A stretch of 64,000 nt of DNA from Myxococcota bacterium (GTDB lineage Bacteria > Myxococcota_C > UBA6777): the NCBI GenBank assembly GCA_023150835.1, contig JAKLKB010000001.1, forward strand, positions 1 through 64,000, in the 5' to 3' direction. Shown here one piece after another: positions 53,301 to 62,238 of the stretch. The notes under the pieces were generated by a model. It made no database searches and was not told where the DNA came from. It saw nothing but the letters and a program-made list of their open reading frames with translations. How positions within the stretch are numbered: position 1 is the stretch's first letter; the number at the start of each line of letters is the position of its first letter. Made by a program: the position numbers and the translations under genes.

Positions 53301-53600
53301 GAACCCAACGGAGAGACCTGCTCTTACAAAAATCGAAATACCCGCAATGGCGGGGCTTTGCTCCAAGATATCACCCGAGGCTACGGACCCGAACGCTACG
53401 AAAATCGTCAAGGTCCATCCGGTCCCTACAAGCTCCAGCTCCATTTTTATGGCCACCGCTCCAACGTCCTCGGCAACGAGACCCACGCCAGTGTCCTGAT
53501 CGTCCTCAACGCTGGAACCCCCCAACAAGAGATGTTTGAAAAAAACGTCGTCCTCAAAAAACGCGACCAACGCGTCGACGTCACCACCCTCAAACTTTGA
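50310..53600 (+). CDS. VIT + vWA + TPR + DUF2135/YfaP-like lipoprotein
   Basis: LEGTFKYTLP, DPALLEQ, LLDTSLS, SDG, LTWNTDNTDVDLW.EP.GE and DITRGYGPE. Confidence 0.88.
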   Translation: MRLKKKQHRSHPSFFLKRILFFGILVSCSTPFACSKLSPEPKTAVPTAKPAAMKRAKRSASDEDSMHLEARRSRRSADGSSLSSADQRSQRAAAEEAPSPGAIPAPSPARAKRRKGGAKESTTTKTPKKDAPKDPQKAQVWQRTAKGTVLSKVSVGGGSFLQLKKLRVTVQVEGLRVRTIMDHIYYNPHAHTLEGTFKYTLPSDASVSYYAMFVGNQRPQEPRFFSGKLPTPQAIAAMDPQAIARTSPKEDWGTLREARLVAAEKGREVYEEITRQNIDPALLEQDAPNTFSGRVFPVPANGHNRVIIAYEQTLPRFQDQRVYSFAFPDEVAGLIDFSLSYNPQLAQLSRHNLRKIRCMQKQQKHFVRCLWETEKPDRNADFYFQPTSTKAAWVAGIDPLQDRRYLYAQLAVDLPQKSASKGASQAVFLLDTSLSETPQRFGVSVSLLEKILQNNPQIQQFNILFFDVGTRWAKADGWLENTAQTRAAVFKKLRRILLEGATDLSAALEALASAPWQEATSKQALDIFFLSDGQLNWGNRDIHQILGRWSKQQRWGQTRWFAYSFGLGNEDTTLYQRLTRQDGAVFTCFGEAEIERCSTAHTHQAMSLDKIEIEGIEATEILVAGRQTTLYPGALLAFASRYQRDGKAVITLKGSFDGQPISLPYTLGVKAHGDLAPRAWGEIAIAQLAELDDPKLTDLIVAYAQHFHIPNAHCSLLVLETDKEYKQYGLDQQQKAHKLDQLDLFIRDLFAQKGAPISMRARWRAIFRKVLQRAKALDSSAGRAALALLQAEEQAHFAFESPVMEQIWTQGDVPKAYLADRDKSAENFDPFVTEAKRRLKKSKIGGAIRSLSCIVELHPSNPRALRLVGYYLTAWERPKDAAGVFLRVLERRSFEPHAFRDLARTMQKLRRYALAAALYEVLLAGNWHERFGEIKTIAREEYALLAYEATNAQRTSASVKALLEQRKPLLGLSVPQARLRVTLTWNTDNTDVDLWIYEPNGETCSYKNRNTRNGGALLQDITRGYGPERYENRQGPSGPYKLQLHFYGHRSNVLGNETHASVLIVLNAGTPQQEMFEKNVVLKKRDQRVDVTTLKL

Positions 53601-53723
53601 TCCCACCGCCTTTCTTTGACCCCCCCAAAGATGATCTTGCTTGAATAGATCCGCCTCGTATCCGTCCCATAGGCGGAAGTGCGTTTGTGTACTTCCTTTC
53701 ACTCCACACGATGAGGAACCTCC

Positions 53724-54338
53724 ATGAAATCTCTTCTGTCGAACTTGTTCCGTGCTTCCGTTCTTTTTGCCGGCCTTTTGTTGCTGCCCGCCCCAAGCGA
53801 AGCCACCCCTGCGCCCTGCCCTCCCGGCTATTACAAATTGTTTGGAAAATGCCGTGCGAAGCTCTGCAAGCCCGGATGGCACCGAGGCCCCGCAGGACTC
53901 TGCGTGAAAAAAGACGCTTGTCCCCCCGGGATGTATCGCGTTGCGGGCCTTGGCAAGTGTATCAACAAGCCCTGTAAACCCGGATGGCACCGCATCAACG
54001 GTGTTTGCGTGGAAAAAGGCGCTTGCCCCCCCGGTATGTATCGTATCGGCGGCCTCGGCAAATGCCTCAACAAGCCCTGCAAACCCGGATGGCACCGCAT
54101 CAATGGCGTCTGCGTGGAAAAAGGCGCTTGCCCCCCCGGGATGTACCGTATCGGTGGTCTTGGCAAGTGTATCAACAAGCCCTGCAAACCCGGATGGCAC
54201 CGCATCAACGGCGTTTGCGTGCAAAAACTGCCTTGCCCCCCCGGGATGTATCGCGTCGGTGGTCTCGGCAAGTGCCTCAAAAAGCCTTGCTTGCCCGGCT
54301 ACCACCTCAATCCCGCTGGCGTTTGCGTCAAGAATTAG
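53724..54338 (+). CDS. Small secreted Cys/Gly/Lys-rich repeat protein (30-aa units)
   Basis: Signal peptide, then (CKPGWHRINGVCVEKGACPPGMYRIGGLGKC)-type repeats, ~4.5 copies with 90-bp period. RBS GAGG. Confidence 0.85.
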   Translation: MKSLLSNLFRASVLFAGLLLLPAPSEATPAPCPPGYYKLFGKCRAKLCKPGWHRGPAGLCVKKDACPPGMYRVAGLGKCINKPCKPGWHRINGVCVEKGACPPGMYRIGGLGKCLNKPCKPGWHRINGVCVEKGACPPGMYRIGGLGKCINKPCKPGWHRINGVCVQKLPCPPGMYRVGGLGKCLKKPCLPGYHLNPAGVCVKN

Positions 54339-54460
54339 TATCGAGGTGATGGTTAAGAAGCGATGGGATGGGGAGGATAGAAGCTGATTCGTGCGGTGCA
54401 TCAAAAGCGCCGCCACGATGAGGCGATGGGATGGGGAAAACAGGAAGCGAGGAAACGAGA

Positions 54461-55330
54461 TCAGCGAGCCTTAAAGCCGAATGCACCAGCAAGATAATCT
54501 TGAATTCCTTGGCAAGTGGCGTTGATGGCCGTCACACCTTGCTCCACATCGCGACCAACAGGACGGCGCAGCGGGCGCTCACCCTCACGTTCCACTTCTT
54601 CAACGAGAGCCGCAACCACTTCAGAAGGATCGCCCAATCCACCGGCTTTTGCACGTTCTTCAAAAGCTCCACCGAATGCTTTGAAGATCTCTGTGGTTTG
54701 GCCGTACTCAGCGGAGATATCGCGTTGAGGGAACAACGAGTTGGTGAGGAAGGTGGTTCCGTACGCGCCCGGCTCAACGATCACGCTTTGGATGCCGAGA
54801 GGTGAAAGCTCGTAGTGTGCGCTTTCTGCGTAGCCTTCCACAGCAAACTTGCTGGCCCCATAGATCCCCATAAACGGAAAGACGATCCGCCCCAACCCCG
54901 AACTGATGTAGATCACCAGACCTTTTCCAGAAGCCCGAAAATGCGGCATCACCGCATGGTTCATCCGCATCACGCCAAACACGTTGATGTCAAAGATCTG
55001 TTGGGCTTGTTCGATGGAAAAGGCTTCATCGATCCCCCATGTACCGACACCTGCGTTGTTGATCAACACATCGATCCCACCGAGAGCTACCGCTTGCGAA
55101 ACGGCTTTTTCCACCGAGGACGGATCGGTCACATCCAGTTCCAACACATGCACGCGGCGACCCTGCTCTGCCGCCCACGAACGAAGCGCCTCTGCTTTTG
55201 CAGCGTTTTTGCCCGTCACACCGCGCATCGTTGCGTAAACGGTATGGCCTTTTTGAGCCAACGCTTTGACAACATCAAAACCAAACCCAGCACTCGCACC
55301 CGTGATCAACACACGCTTTGCGTTATTCAT
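54461..55330 (-). CDS. Short-chain dehydrogenase/reductase
   Basis: TGASAGFG, NNAG, YGASK and EPG. Confidence 0.95.
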   Translation of the reverse strand: MNNAKRVLITGASAGFGFDVVKALAQKGHTVYATMRGVTGKNAAKAEALRSWAAEQGRRVHVLELDVTDPSSVEKAVSQAVALGGIDVLINNAGVGTWGIDEAFSIEQAQQIFDINVFGVMRMNHAVMPHFRASGKGLVIYISSGLGRIVFPFMGIYGASKFAVEGYAESAHYELSPLGIQSVIVEPGAYGTTFLTNSLFPQRDISAEYGQTTEIFKAFGGAFEERAKAGGLGDPSEVVAALVEEVEREGERPLRRPVGRDVEQGVTAINATCQGIQDYLAGAFGFKAR

Positions 55331-55721
55331 CGAAAACTCCTGTGGAATGAGGCTTCGCTGCGTTACAAAAAACGCAGACCGCGTAGAGGTTTACTTAAAC
55401 ACCATCACATCACAAGTGACATCTCTGTGAAAAAGATCCCCCAAACCACGACCCACACAAACAGCAAAGCCCACACAAGCAACGAAAGCAGAAGAGAAGA
55501 AACGAAAGGAAGAGAGCGGAGGGGGAAGGCCAGCCGAGAGGCCAAGCGTCAGGGGTTTGTGGATCGTGAAGGGAGACCGAGGCATCGAACGGTTTCTTGT
55601 CTGCCGCATGGCTCTCGAAAGAGCGAACACACGGGAAGAAAAGAAAGATCGGATGCACTTTGCGACCACAACAGCCCACCACGCACCGCGTCTGCCCGCG
55701 TCTTCGGCTGGCTTACCACTC

Positions 55722-55921
55722 CAAGGAACCAAAAAGGAGGTTGTTTCTGATTAACAGTCAGATGCTCTACCCACTGAGCTATGAAGGCTTACGCCTTCAC
55801 TGGGAGTCGAACCCAGGACCCTTTGAGGCCAGTCGCTCTGCCGCTGAGCTACGGAGGTTTTGGGCCTCCGCCGGGACTCGAACCCGGGACCCACTGAAGC
55901 AAAAGTCGTTGATGTTCCTCG
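55722..55921 (-). ncRNA. YrlA/Y-RNA-like structured RNA with two circularly permuted tRNA modules
   Basis: Minus strand, in order: CGAGGAAC; T arm, acceptor hairpin CGGAGG/CCTCCG, D arm; T arm, acceptor hairpin TGAAGGC-GTAA-GCCTTCA, D arm; TCTGA-CTGTTAA-TCAGA; then GTTCCTTG closing the terminal stem. Confidence 0.82.
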
Positions 55922-56043
55922 ATATGCGGGACACGCAGTCCTGATTTGTGAGTCTCTGCGTGCCGCCAAGATACATCCCGCGCTCCTGCGATGGCCATAG
56001 ACGCAACGAGGAGAGCGATGTTCAAAAGAATCCGGCGAAAAAC

Positions 56044-57141
56044 TTATTTGCGAAAGAGGGGGAGGATATCTTGGAAGGCGGCATCGACGGTGCGATCGAC
56101 GGGCAAGATCCGCCGAGGCATCGGCTCGAAAGGAGAAGAAACGGTCTCGACGTGTTGGGGAACATCATGGGAAACAACGGGGAGTTTCCCACGGGATGAG
56201 GAGGATGCGTGATGCGGCGGGGGTGGTGTTCGTTGTTCGTGCGATGGATGGGGTGTGGAGAAAGGGCGTTCGCTCAAGGCCGCGTGTTCGCTCAAGGCCG
56301 TGCGAAGATCGCCTTGGGACGGGTTTTTGTTTGAGGAGAAGGAAGAAGCCGCAGCTTGTTTGTGAGCAAACACAGCACGCAAGGCTTGAAGTTGATCGAA
56401 GTGTTTGACGGCAGCATCAGGATCGCAGAAAGTCGCCATCGGATCGACGTTTTGGATAGCGTTACTTTGGGGGGCGGGGGTAGGCGACTTTTTCAATTCG
56501 TGAGCGAGTTGGCGTAGGCTTGATTCGATGGTTTCTTCGCTGAGGTTTTGAAGGCGATGCGAGGCGGTGGACACAAGCGGCTGAGGGAGAGTCTCTGCAA
56601 AAGGCGGTTGTGGCGACTTGTTGTGTGCAGAAAGGGCTGCAAATTGAGCGCGTTTTTCAGGAGAAAAAGCAACCTGATCACCCGGGAAGATCGGCTTCTC
56701 TTTGGGGACGGGTTGTGTGTCGTCGTGCGAAGGTCCAAAGAAGCCGTCGATCTCCGCGCTGAGATCCCACGAAAGCGAAAGAACCTCTTTGGAAGAAACG
56801 GAAGGAGCGAAGGGACGGGGGGTTTCTTGGAGCAGATCAAGCGGCGGGATCTCTTTGGGTAGCCAAGAGAGTGAAAGCGAGTGTGGATCGTCGATCTTTT
56901 GGGGTGGAGTGTGTTTTTGAGTAAGAGTCTGATCGAGGGCCTGTTTTTGAGCAAGCGTCTGATCGAGTGCCTGTTTTTGGGCGACGGCTTGATCGAGCGC
57001 GGTTTGTAGCTGGAGGATGCGTGCTTCGGCTTGTTGGAGGCGTTGTTGTGCGCGGCGCAGTTGGGAGGTGAGTTGTTCGATATCTTGGGGGAATTCGAGG
57101 GCATTGGGGTTGGGCGTATGGAAGGCATTCATGGCATTCAT
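56044..57141 (-). CDS. Hypothetical protein with N-terminal coiled coil and disordered C-terminus
   Basis: 365-aa ORF with 30-bp QKQALDQT repeats and a purine-rich upstream region. Confidence 0.6.
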   Translation of the reverse strand: MNAMNAFHTPNPNALEFPQDIEQLTSQLRRAQQRLQQAEARILQLQTALDQAVAQKQALDQTLAQKQALDQTLTQKHTPPQKIDDPHSLSLSWLPKEIPPLDLLQETPRPFAPSVSSKEVLSLSWDLSAEIDGFFGPSHDDTQPVPKEKPIFPGDQVAFSPEKRAQFAALSAHNKSPQPPFAETLPQPLVSTASHRLQNLSEETIESSLRQLAHELKKSPTPAPQSNAIQNVDPMATFCDPDAAVKHFDQLQALRAVFAHKQAAASSFSSNKNPSQGDLRTALSEHAALSERPFSTPHPSHEQRTPPPPHHASSSSRGKLPVVSHDVPQHVETVSSPFEPMPRRILPVDRTVDAAFQDILPLFRK

Positions 57142-57662
57142 GGCGTTTCTCTTTCTCTTTCTTTGTCGGTGATCGGTGTTCGATGGGTGTTGTTGTTGGG
57201 TCTGTCCAAGATATCGGCGATCTTGGGGAGTTGGAGGCCCGTTACGCAGATCTTGTGCCAGACGCTTTGATCGCTTGTCAGAAGGGAAGAAAGAAGCTAG
57301 ATTGTGCGCCGCTTGAGAGGGTCAAGCCTGAAAGAATTCGAAAGCAAACCAACACAACAAACATTTCGCCTTGCCTTTTGAGGAGATCGAGGGTTGGGGT
57401 GTCTTGCCTCGCGCAAAGACACGACCCACCGTGTCAAACAGCGCCTCCCCCATCTAGGCGATGTCGCGTCCCTCATCAAGAAAGGAGCGTTCGTGAGCCG
57501 CACAAAGCATCCGTTCAAAAATTGGACAACCCCCCCCGCTCTGGCAGAAGCAAATCACGGGGCCAATGCAGAAGGCCACACCACCCACTCGGCCTCCAAT
57601 ACAACCACCCCATCGGGAGATCCAGCAGGATCGCGTGGGTATCTTGTCAAAAGGAGCGAACC

Positions 57663-58136
57663 ATGACGAATGATGGAAGTCGACTCATTCGGTTCTTCCG
57701 CAACTTGCGGCTCGTTCTGGTGTTTGTGTTGGTGCATCTGACCTACAACCCCGAAGGGGCCTCATATTACCATTGGGCTCTGAAACCTTGGTGGGATGGG
57801 TTCTTTGGTGCTGGAAAGCTGGTCGGCCCGCACTCTCTCAAAGCCTTTGTGGGGGTTTTGTTGTTGGGGGGATGGTTTTGGTTTCTGCGCAGCACACGCC
57901 GAAAGATCGGTGGATTGGGGATCTTGCTCACCATCGCCTTCTTTGCGACCTTGGGATGGGTGTTGAATGATTATGGACTCTTCCCCAACGTGGGTTCTTG
58001 GATGTTGCAACACCTTCTGCTGCTGATCGTGAGCATCGTCTTGTCTTTGGGCGTCCTGCTCCCCGAACCCAAAGCCAAAGTCGTTGTCGCCAAGCAAGAA
58101 AAACTCCCCGCCAAACAAGGTTCCGAAACCGCCTGA
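57663..58136 (+). CDS. Small membrane protein (DUF6524-like)
   Basis: LTYNPEGASYYHW...RSTRRKIGGLG, about 4 TMs. RBS AAGGAG. Confidence 0.7.
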   Translation: MTNDGSRLIRFFRNLRLVLVFVLVHLTYNPEGASYYHWALKPWWDGFFGAGKLVGPHSLKAFVGVLLLGGWFWFLRSTRRKIGGLGILLTIAFFATLGWVLNDYGLFPNVGSWMLQHLLLLIVSIVLSLGVLLPEPKAKVVVAKQEKLPAKQGSETA

Positions 58137-58140
58137 TGGT

Positions 58141-59178
58141 TTAGCCCGAGGTGCGTTGCCCGTAGAGGCGAAGGCGGCTGACACCGCCGTCGGGGTAGAT
58201 CTGAAGTTTGATATGGCTGAAGGGGCCGGGGGATTGGAGCTCTTGGCGGAAGAGATGTTCGTGGTGGGCTTGGAGGGGGCGTCGGGAAAGGATCTCTTGC
58301 CAAGGGGCGGCATCGTTGTGTTGGAGGTCGGTGATCTGGAGGTTGGGGGCCAAGATGCCGTGCAGGCTGAAAGACTCGGGGAAGTTGCCTTTGAAGTGGT
58401 TGGTATCGACCACAACAAAGCGGATATCTCCGATGGCTCCGAGCTTAACGATGATCCAATCAAAGCCGGGGCGTCGGCTGCGTCGAGTTTCCCACCCTTC
58501 GCCCATCACACGAGCGCGTCCGGGGGCGATCAGGTTGGACATCACCCCAAAAAACATATCGGAACACACCAAGGGCTCGCCGCCATTGCGCATCGCCGCG
58601 AGATCGACTTCGCCTGCTTCAAGAGGAAAACGCAGATCATCTTCGCTCGGCTTCCAAAGCGGCGTAGGACGGCCATAAGCGCGAAAACGTGAGACGCCAC
58701 CGTCAGGATAGATGTGCAGCTTGAGATGCGAAACAGGCTCAAGGTGTTGCGTCGCAAAGAGGTTTTGCGAACCGCGTTGCAAAGAAACAGGCGCAAGGAA
58801 GGGCTTCCACGGGAGCGCATACAACGAGGGTGGATCTTCCGAAGCATCGGGGGCAAAGCAGGCTTCGACCGATGCAAACGAGGGGTGATTGCCGAGAAAA
58901 TGGTTGGTGTCGATATCAAGGACAGAGATCACGCCCGGGACACCGAGGCGCAAGATGCACCAATCATGGCCCTCTTCGCGTTTTCGTCGGCTTTCCCACC
59001 CGTCCATCCACTTGCCGCGTTCGGTGTATTTGTCGGGGATAAAGACGCCCCGCCCGGGTTTCACAAGATTGTTCATCTCGGCAAAGAAATCATCCGAACA
59101 CAACAAAGCACGGCCACCGAGCTGCTCACAAAGAAGATCGATACCATTCGAGATACCGATACCCTGTTCTATTTTCAT
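58141..59178 (-). CDS. alc: Allantoicase
   Basis: Duplicated GWE.RR, DTNHF.GN.P and IYPDGGVSR motifs. Confidence 0.95.
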   Translation of the reverse strand: MKIEQGIGISNGIDLLCEQLGGRALLCSDDFFAEMNNLVKPGRGVFIPDKYTERGKWMDGWESRRKREEGHDWCILRLGVPGVISVLDIDTNHFLGNHPSFASVEACFAPDASEDPPSLYALPWKPFLAPVSLQRGSQNLFATQHLEPVSHLKLHIYPDGGVSRFRAYGRPTPLWKPSEDDLRFPLEAGEVDLAAMRNGGEPLVCSDMFFGVMSNLIAPGRARVMGEGWETRRSRRPGFDWIIVKLGAIGDIRFVVVDTNHFKGNFPESFSLHGILAPNLQITDLQHNDAAPWQEILSRRPLQAHHEHLFRQELQSPGPFSHIKLQIYPDGGVSRLRLYGQRTSG

Positions 59179-59216
59179 CGAAAACTCCGTACGACAAAGT
59201 ATCGTGATACAAAAAT

Positions 59217-60551
59217 TTAGGGGGTAGAGTGCTGCGCAAAAAGTGCTTCGCCGTGGGGATGCGCTTTCCATACGCCGCGTTGGTAAGCGAGTTGGCCTTT
59301 GAGATAAGCGGCTTGCACACGGCCTTTGAGGGGCATGCCAAGGTAAGGCGTACATTTGTGCCGACTGCCGAGGTGTTCGACGCCGACCGTAAAAGCGGTT
59401 TCGGGTTCCCACAAGATCAGATCAGCATCTTTTTGGGGGGCGAGCGAGCCTTTTTGGGGGAGTTTTACCAGCGCAGCAGGGCCTTTGGCGAGCCATCTTG
59501 CGATGTGTTCGATCCCAAAGCCGCGTTTTTGGGCTTCGGTCCACAGCAACGACAAGCTTAGATCCAACGAAGAGATCCCACCCCACGCCTCCGCAAAGCT
59601 GCCTGTATCGAGGCATTTGAGCGAAGGGGGGCAAGGCGAATGATCGCTGACCACAAAGTCGATCAAGCCGCCCCCAAGGGCTTTCCAGAGTGCTTCGCGG
59701 TTGGCGTCCTCGCGGATCGGTGGAGCGCATTTGTAAAGTGTTGCTCCGTCAGGGATCGCCTCAGCATAAAGGCAAAGATAATGCGGACAAGTCTCGACCG
59801 TCAGCGGAAGCCCTTCCTCTTTGGCAGCCGCGATCATCGGCAACGCCTCTGCGGTCGAAAGATGGACGATGTGGACGTGCGCACGCGTCGATCGGCACAG
59901 ATCGATCAAGCCAGCGATCGCTTCGAGTTCCCATGCGGGAGGGCGAGAGCGCAAAAAGCGTTGGTAAGATCGCGCCGATAGATCGGGGAGTTCGAGGGGT
60001 CTTGCGATCTCAGCATGCGCCAACAGCGGGGCATCAAAACGCTTGAGGATCTGCAAGGCTTGGCGGGTCGTCTCCCAATCAGCCGCAGGGAATTCATCGA
60101 TCCCCGAATCGCACAAAAACGCCTTACCACCGAAGGTTCCAGCTTCAAGCAACGCAGCGAGTTCGTGCAGGTGGTGGGGGATCACCCCCGCCCAAAAGCC
60201 CGTGTGTGCGTAAAGTTTGCCCTCATAACTGGCCTTTTTGGCCGAAAACGCCGCCGACGTGGTGGTGACGGGAGAGCTATTGAGCGGCATATCGATCAAC
60301 GTCGTGATGCCACCGAGCAAAGCGGCTTTTGTGGCCGTCTCAAACCCCTCCCATGTGGTGCGCCCGGGCTCGTTGATGTGGACGTGTGTGTCGACGCCAC
60401 CCGCCATGATGACGGTCTCTCCGACATCTTCGACCAGTAGGTCAGCAGGTGGTTCTTGGATCAGATCAAGGATGCGTTCACCATCCACAAGCAAGATGCC
60501 GGATTGAACGCTGTCTTGGTAGATGATGCGTTTGGAGCGTAATCCCCACAT
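59217..60551 (-). CDS. allB: Allantoinase
   Basis: DTHVHINEPGRT.WEGF, DMPLNS, ETCPHYL, KCAPPIR and SDHSP. Confidence 0.95.
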   Translation of the reverse strand: MWGLRSKRIIYQDSVQSGILLVDGERILDLIQEPPADLLVEDVGETVIMAGGVDTHVHINEPGRTTWEGFETATKAALLGGITTLIDMPLNSSPVTTTSAAFSAKKASYEGKLYAHTGFWAGVIPHHLHELAALLEAGTFGGKAFLCDSGIDEFPAADWETTRQALQILKRFDAPLLAHAEIARPLELPDLSARSYQRFLRSRPPAWELEAIAGLIDLCRSTRAHVHIVHLSTAEALPMIAAAKEEGLPLTVETCPHYLCLYAEAIPDGATLYKCAPPIREDANREALWKALGGGLIDFVVSDHSPCPPSLKCLDTGSFAEAWGGISSLDLSLSLLWTEAQKRGFGIEHIARWLAKGPAALVKLPQKGSLAPQKDADLILWEPETAFTVGVEHLGSRHKCTPYLGMPLKGRVQAAYLKGQLAYQRGVWKAHPHGEALFAQHSTP

Positions 60552-60603
60552 AAGAAAACCTCGTGCGATTGAAGTCAAAAGGAACGGTACATCTGGACGG
60601 ATT

Positions 60604-60728
60604 TGTGGGGCTTTGCCCCACGCCCCACAAGGGACTGTCGCCCCTTGACCCCGTGAGGGGCGAACAGATCACTGGTTTTTCACCCAGACGACTCTGTCGC
60701 TTGAAATACCACGAACACGGGGGTTTTG
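60604..60728 (-). repeat. Family B repeat copy (reverse)
   Basis: GTGGGGCTTTGCCCCAC...CCCCTTGACCCCGT...TTTTCA...GTCGCTTGA...GAACACGGGGGTTTT. Confidence 0.85.
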
Positions 60729-60793
60729 GCAAACTACGTCGATCCTATCGAAGAAAAAGGAGTGTAGTCGGCCTTGTTTGGAGAGAGAACGGA

Positions 60794-61999
60794 TTATTGG
60801 GGCATACCTTGTTGGATCCAAGCCCCGAGCAGAGCGCGTTCTTCGGGGGTGATCTTGGTGAGGTTGCCGAGGGGCATGTATTGGGAGTCGACGGTGCTGC
60901 TTTTGATCTTGGCGTGGACAGCGCGTGCTTGTTCGTAGCGTTCGAGCATAATGCCTTGGGGTGGGGCCAGAAAGCCCGGGAAGCTGGGCTTCGCAGCATG
61001 GCAAGAAAGGCATCGTACTTGGAGGATCGGCTGGATCTGTTGGAAGGTGACACGTGCGCCATGTGCGCCGATCGGTCGGGATGTGGCGAGAGGCTCGGCA
61101 GGACGGGGCTTGCTGACCAAGGCCAACGCAACCATCGCAACAGCGGCCACCGGCAAGATCCAGACTTTGTGTTCGCCGTTGTGCTTGAGGTTGAAATAAT
61201 GCCGAACGCCCATGCTGATCACCGAAAGCCCCGCAAGGATCGCCCAGTTCAGGTGATGCCCAAAGACCGTCGGATAATGGTTGCTGAGCATGATAAACAA
61301 GACAGGCAAGGTGAGGTAGTTGTTGTGAAGCGATCGCATCGCTCCTGCGGCCCCTTTGGAGATATCGGGAGGTTGTCCAGCGATCATCGCGTCCACCATA
61401 ATCCGCTGGTTGGGGATGATCACAAAAAAGACGTTGGCCGCCATGATGGTTCCGATGATCACACCGACGTGCATAAAGGCCGCACGAGGTTGATAGATCC
61501 GTGTCAACGCAAACGAGGCGATGGTCAACAAGATCAAGCCAAGGATCGCAAGGAACATCGGCTGTTTGTGCAAAGGGGATCTGCACATCAGGTCGTACAC
61601 CAACCATGAGGCGGTGATAAAACCGACGCTGATCGCGATGGCTTGCCAAGGTTGAAGCCCGCCGACTGTCGATTGGAGCAGGTAGATCTTGGTGTCCCAG
61701 TAGTACACCACCGTCAACAAACAAATGCCTGTGATCCAAGTAAAATAGGCTTCCCACTTGAACCAATGCAGCGTCTTGGGGAGGACTTTGGGGGCGCCAT
61801 CGTACTTGAGGACTTGGTAAAAAGCGCCACCGTGAACCGCGAAAAGTTCTCCCTTGATACCGTCTTTTGGCGTTTCAGGGGAGCGGATATTGTGATTCAG
61901 CCAGTTAAAATAAAAGGATGTCCCGATCCACGCGGCCCCCGTAATCAAGTGAAACCAGCGAAAGAACAAGTTGAACCAGTCCAGAATATAGCCTTCCAT
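60794..61999 (-). CDS. puuD: Urate hydroxylase PuuD (membrane domain + cytochrome c)
   Basis: RWFH...WIGTSFYF, HWFKWEAY, RSLHNNY and C-terminal CLSCH. Confidence 0.93.
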   Translation of the reverse strand: MEGYILDWFNLFFRWFHLITGAAWIGTSFYFNWLNHNIRSPETPKDGIKGELFAVHGGAFYQVLKYDGAPKVLPKTLHWFKWEAYFTWITGICLLTVVYYWDTKIYLLQSTVGGLQPWQAIAISVGFITASWLVYDLMCRSPLHKQPMFLAILGLILLTIASFALTRIYQPRAAFMHVGVIIGTIMAANVFFVIIPNQRIMVDAMIAGQPPDISKGAAGAMRSLHNNYLTLPVLFIMLSNHYPTVFGHHLNWAILAGLSVISMGVRHYFNLKHNGEHKVWILPVAAVAMVALALVSKPRPAEPLATSRPIGAHGARVTFQQIQPILQVRCLSCHAAKPSFPGFLAPPQGIMLERYEQARAVHAKIKSSTVDSQYMPLGNLTKITPEERALLGAWIQQGMPQ

Positions 62000-62052
62000 C
62001 GGCAGATCTCCGTGTATTGGGTGTTTGCGATGCGGTGCCTGATCTCGTTTCA

Positions 62053-62165
62053 TACGAGATCCGCCCGTTGCGTTATCGTAAAGAGGTAAGGGCAGCCCCC
62101 TGTAGCTGCCCAATAATCGGGCGTCTATGCACAGTCCTACGATCACACATCATTCGGATATCGTG
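62053..62165. repeat. Family A repeat copy
   Basis: TACGAGATCCGCCCGTTG...GGGCAGCCCCCTGTAGCTGCCC...TACGATCACACATCATTCGGATATCG. Confidence 0.9.
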
Positions 62166-62238
62166 TCACTCATGCGAGAAAAGACGTTCTGAAGTGATAG
62201 AGAGGATAGGTGCATCAAGGGCTTCGGAGTTTTACGGG

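Noticed and set aside
55340-55720. Further RNA motif (ACAGCAA near 55461) or small ORFs
   Set aside because: There is no accompanying hairpin or tRNA arms, and the ORFs are low-complexity with no RBS support.
55794-55857. Canonical tRNA formed from D arm 1 and T arm 2 (minus strand)
   Set aside because: The acceptor CCTCCG/TGAAGG is mismatched and no proper anticodon arm forms, while the permuted pairings are perfect.
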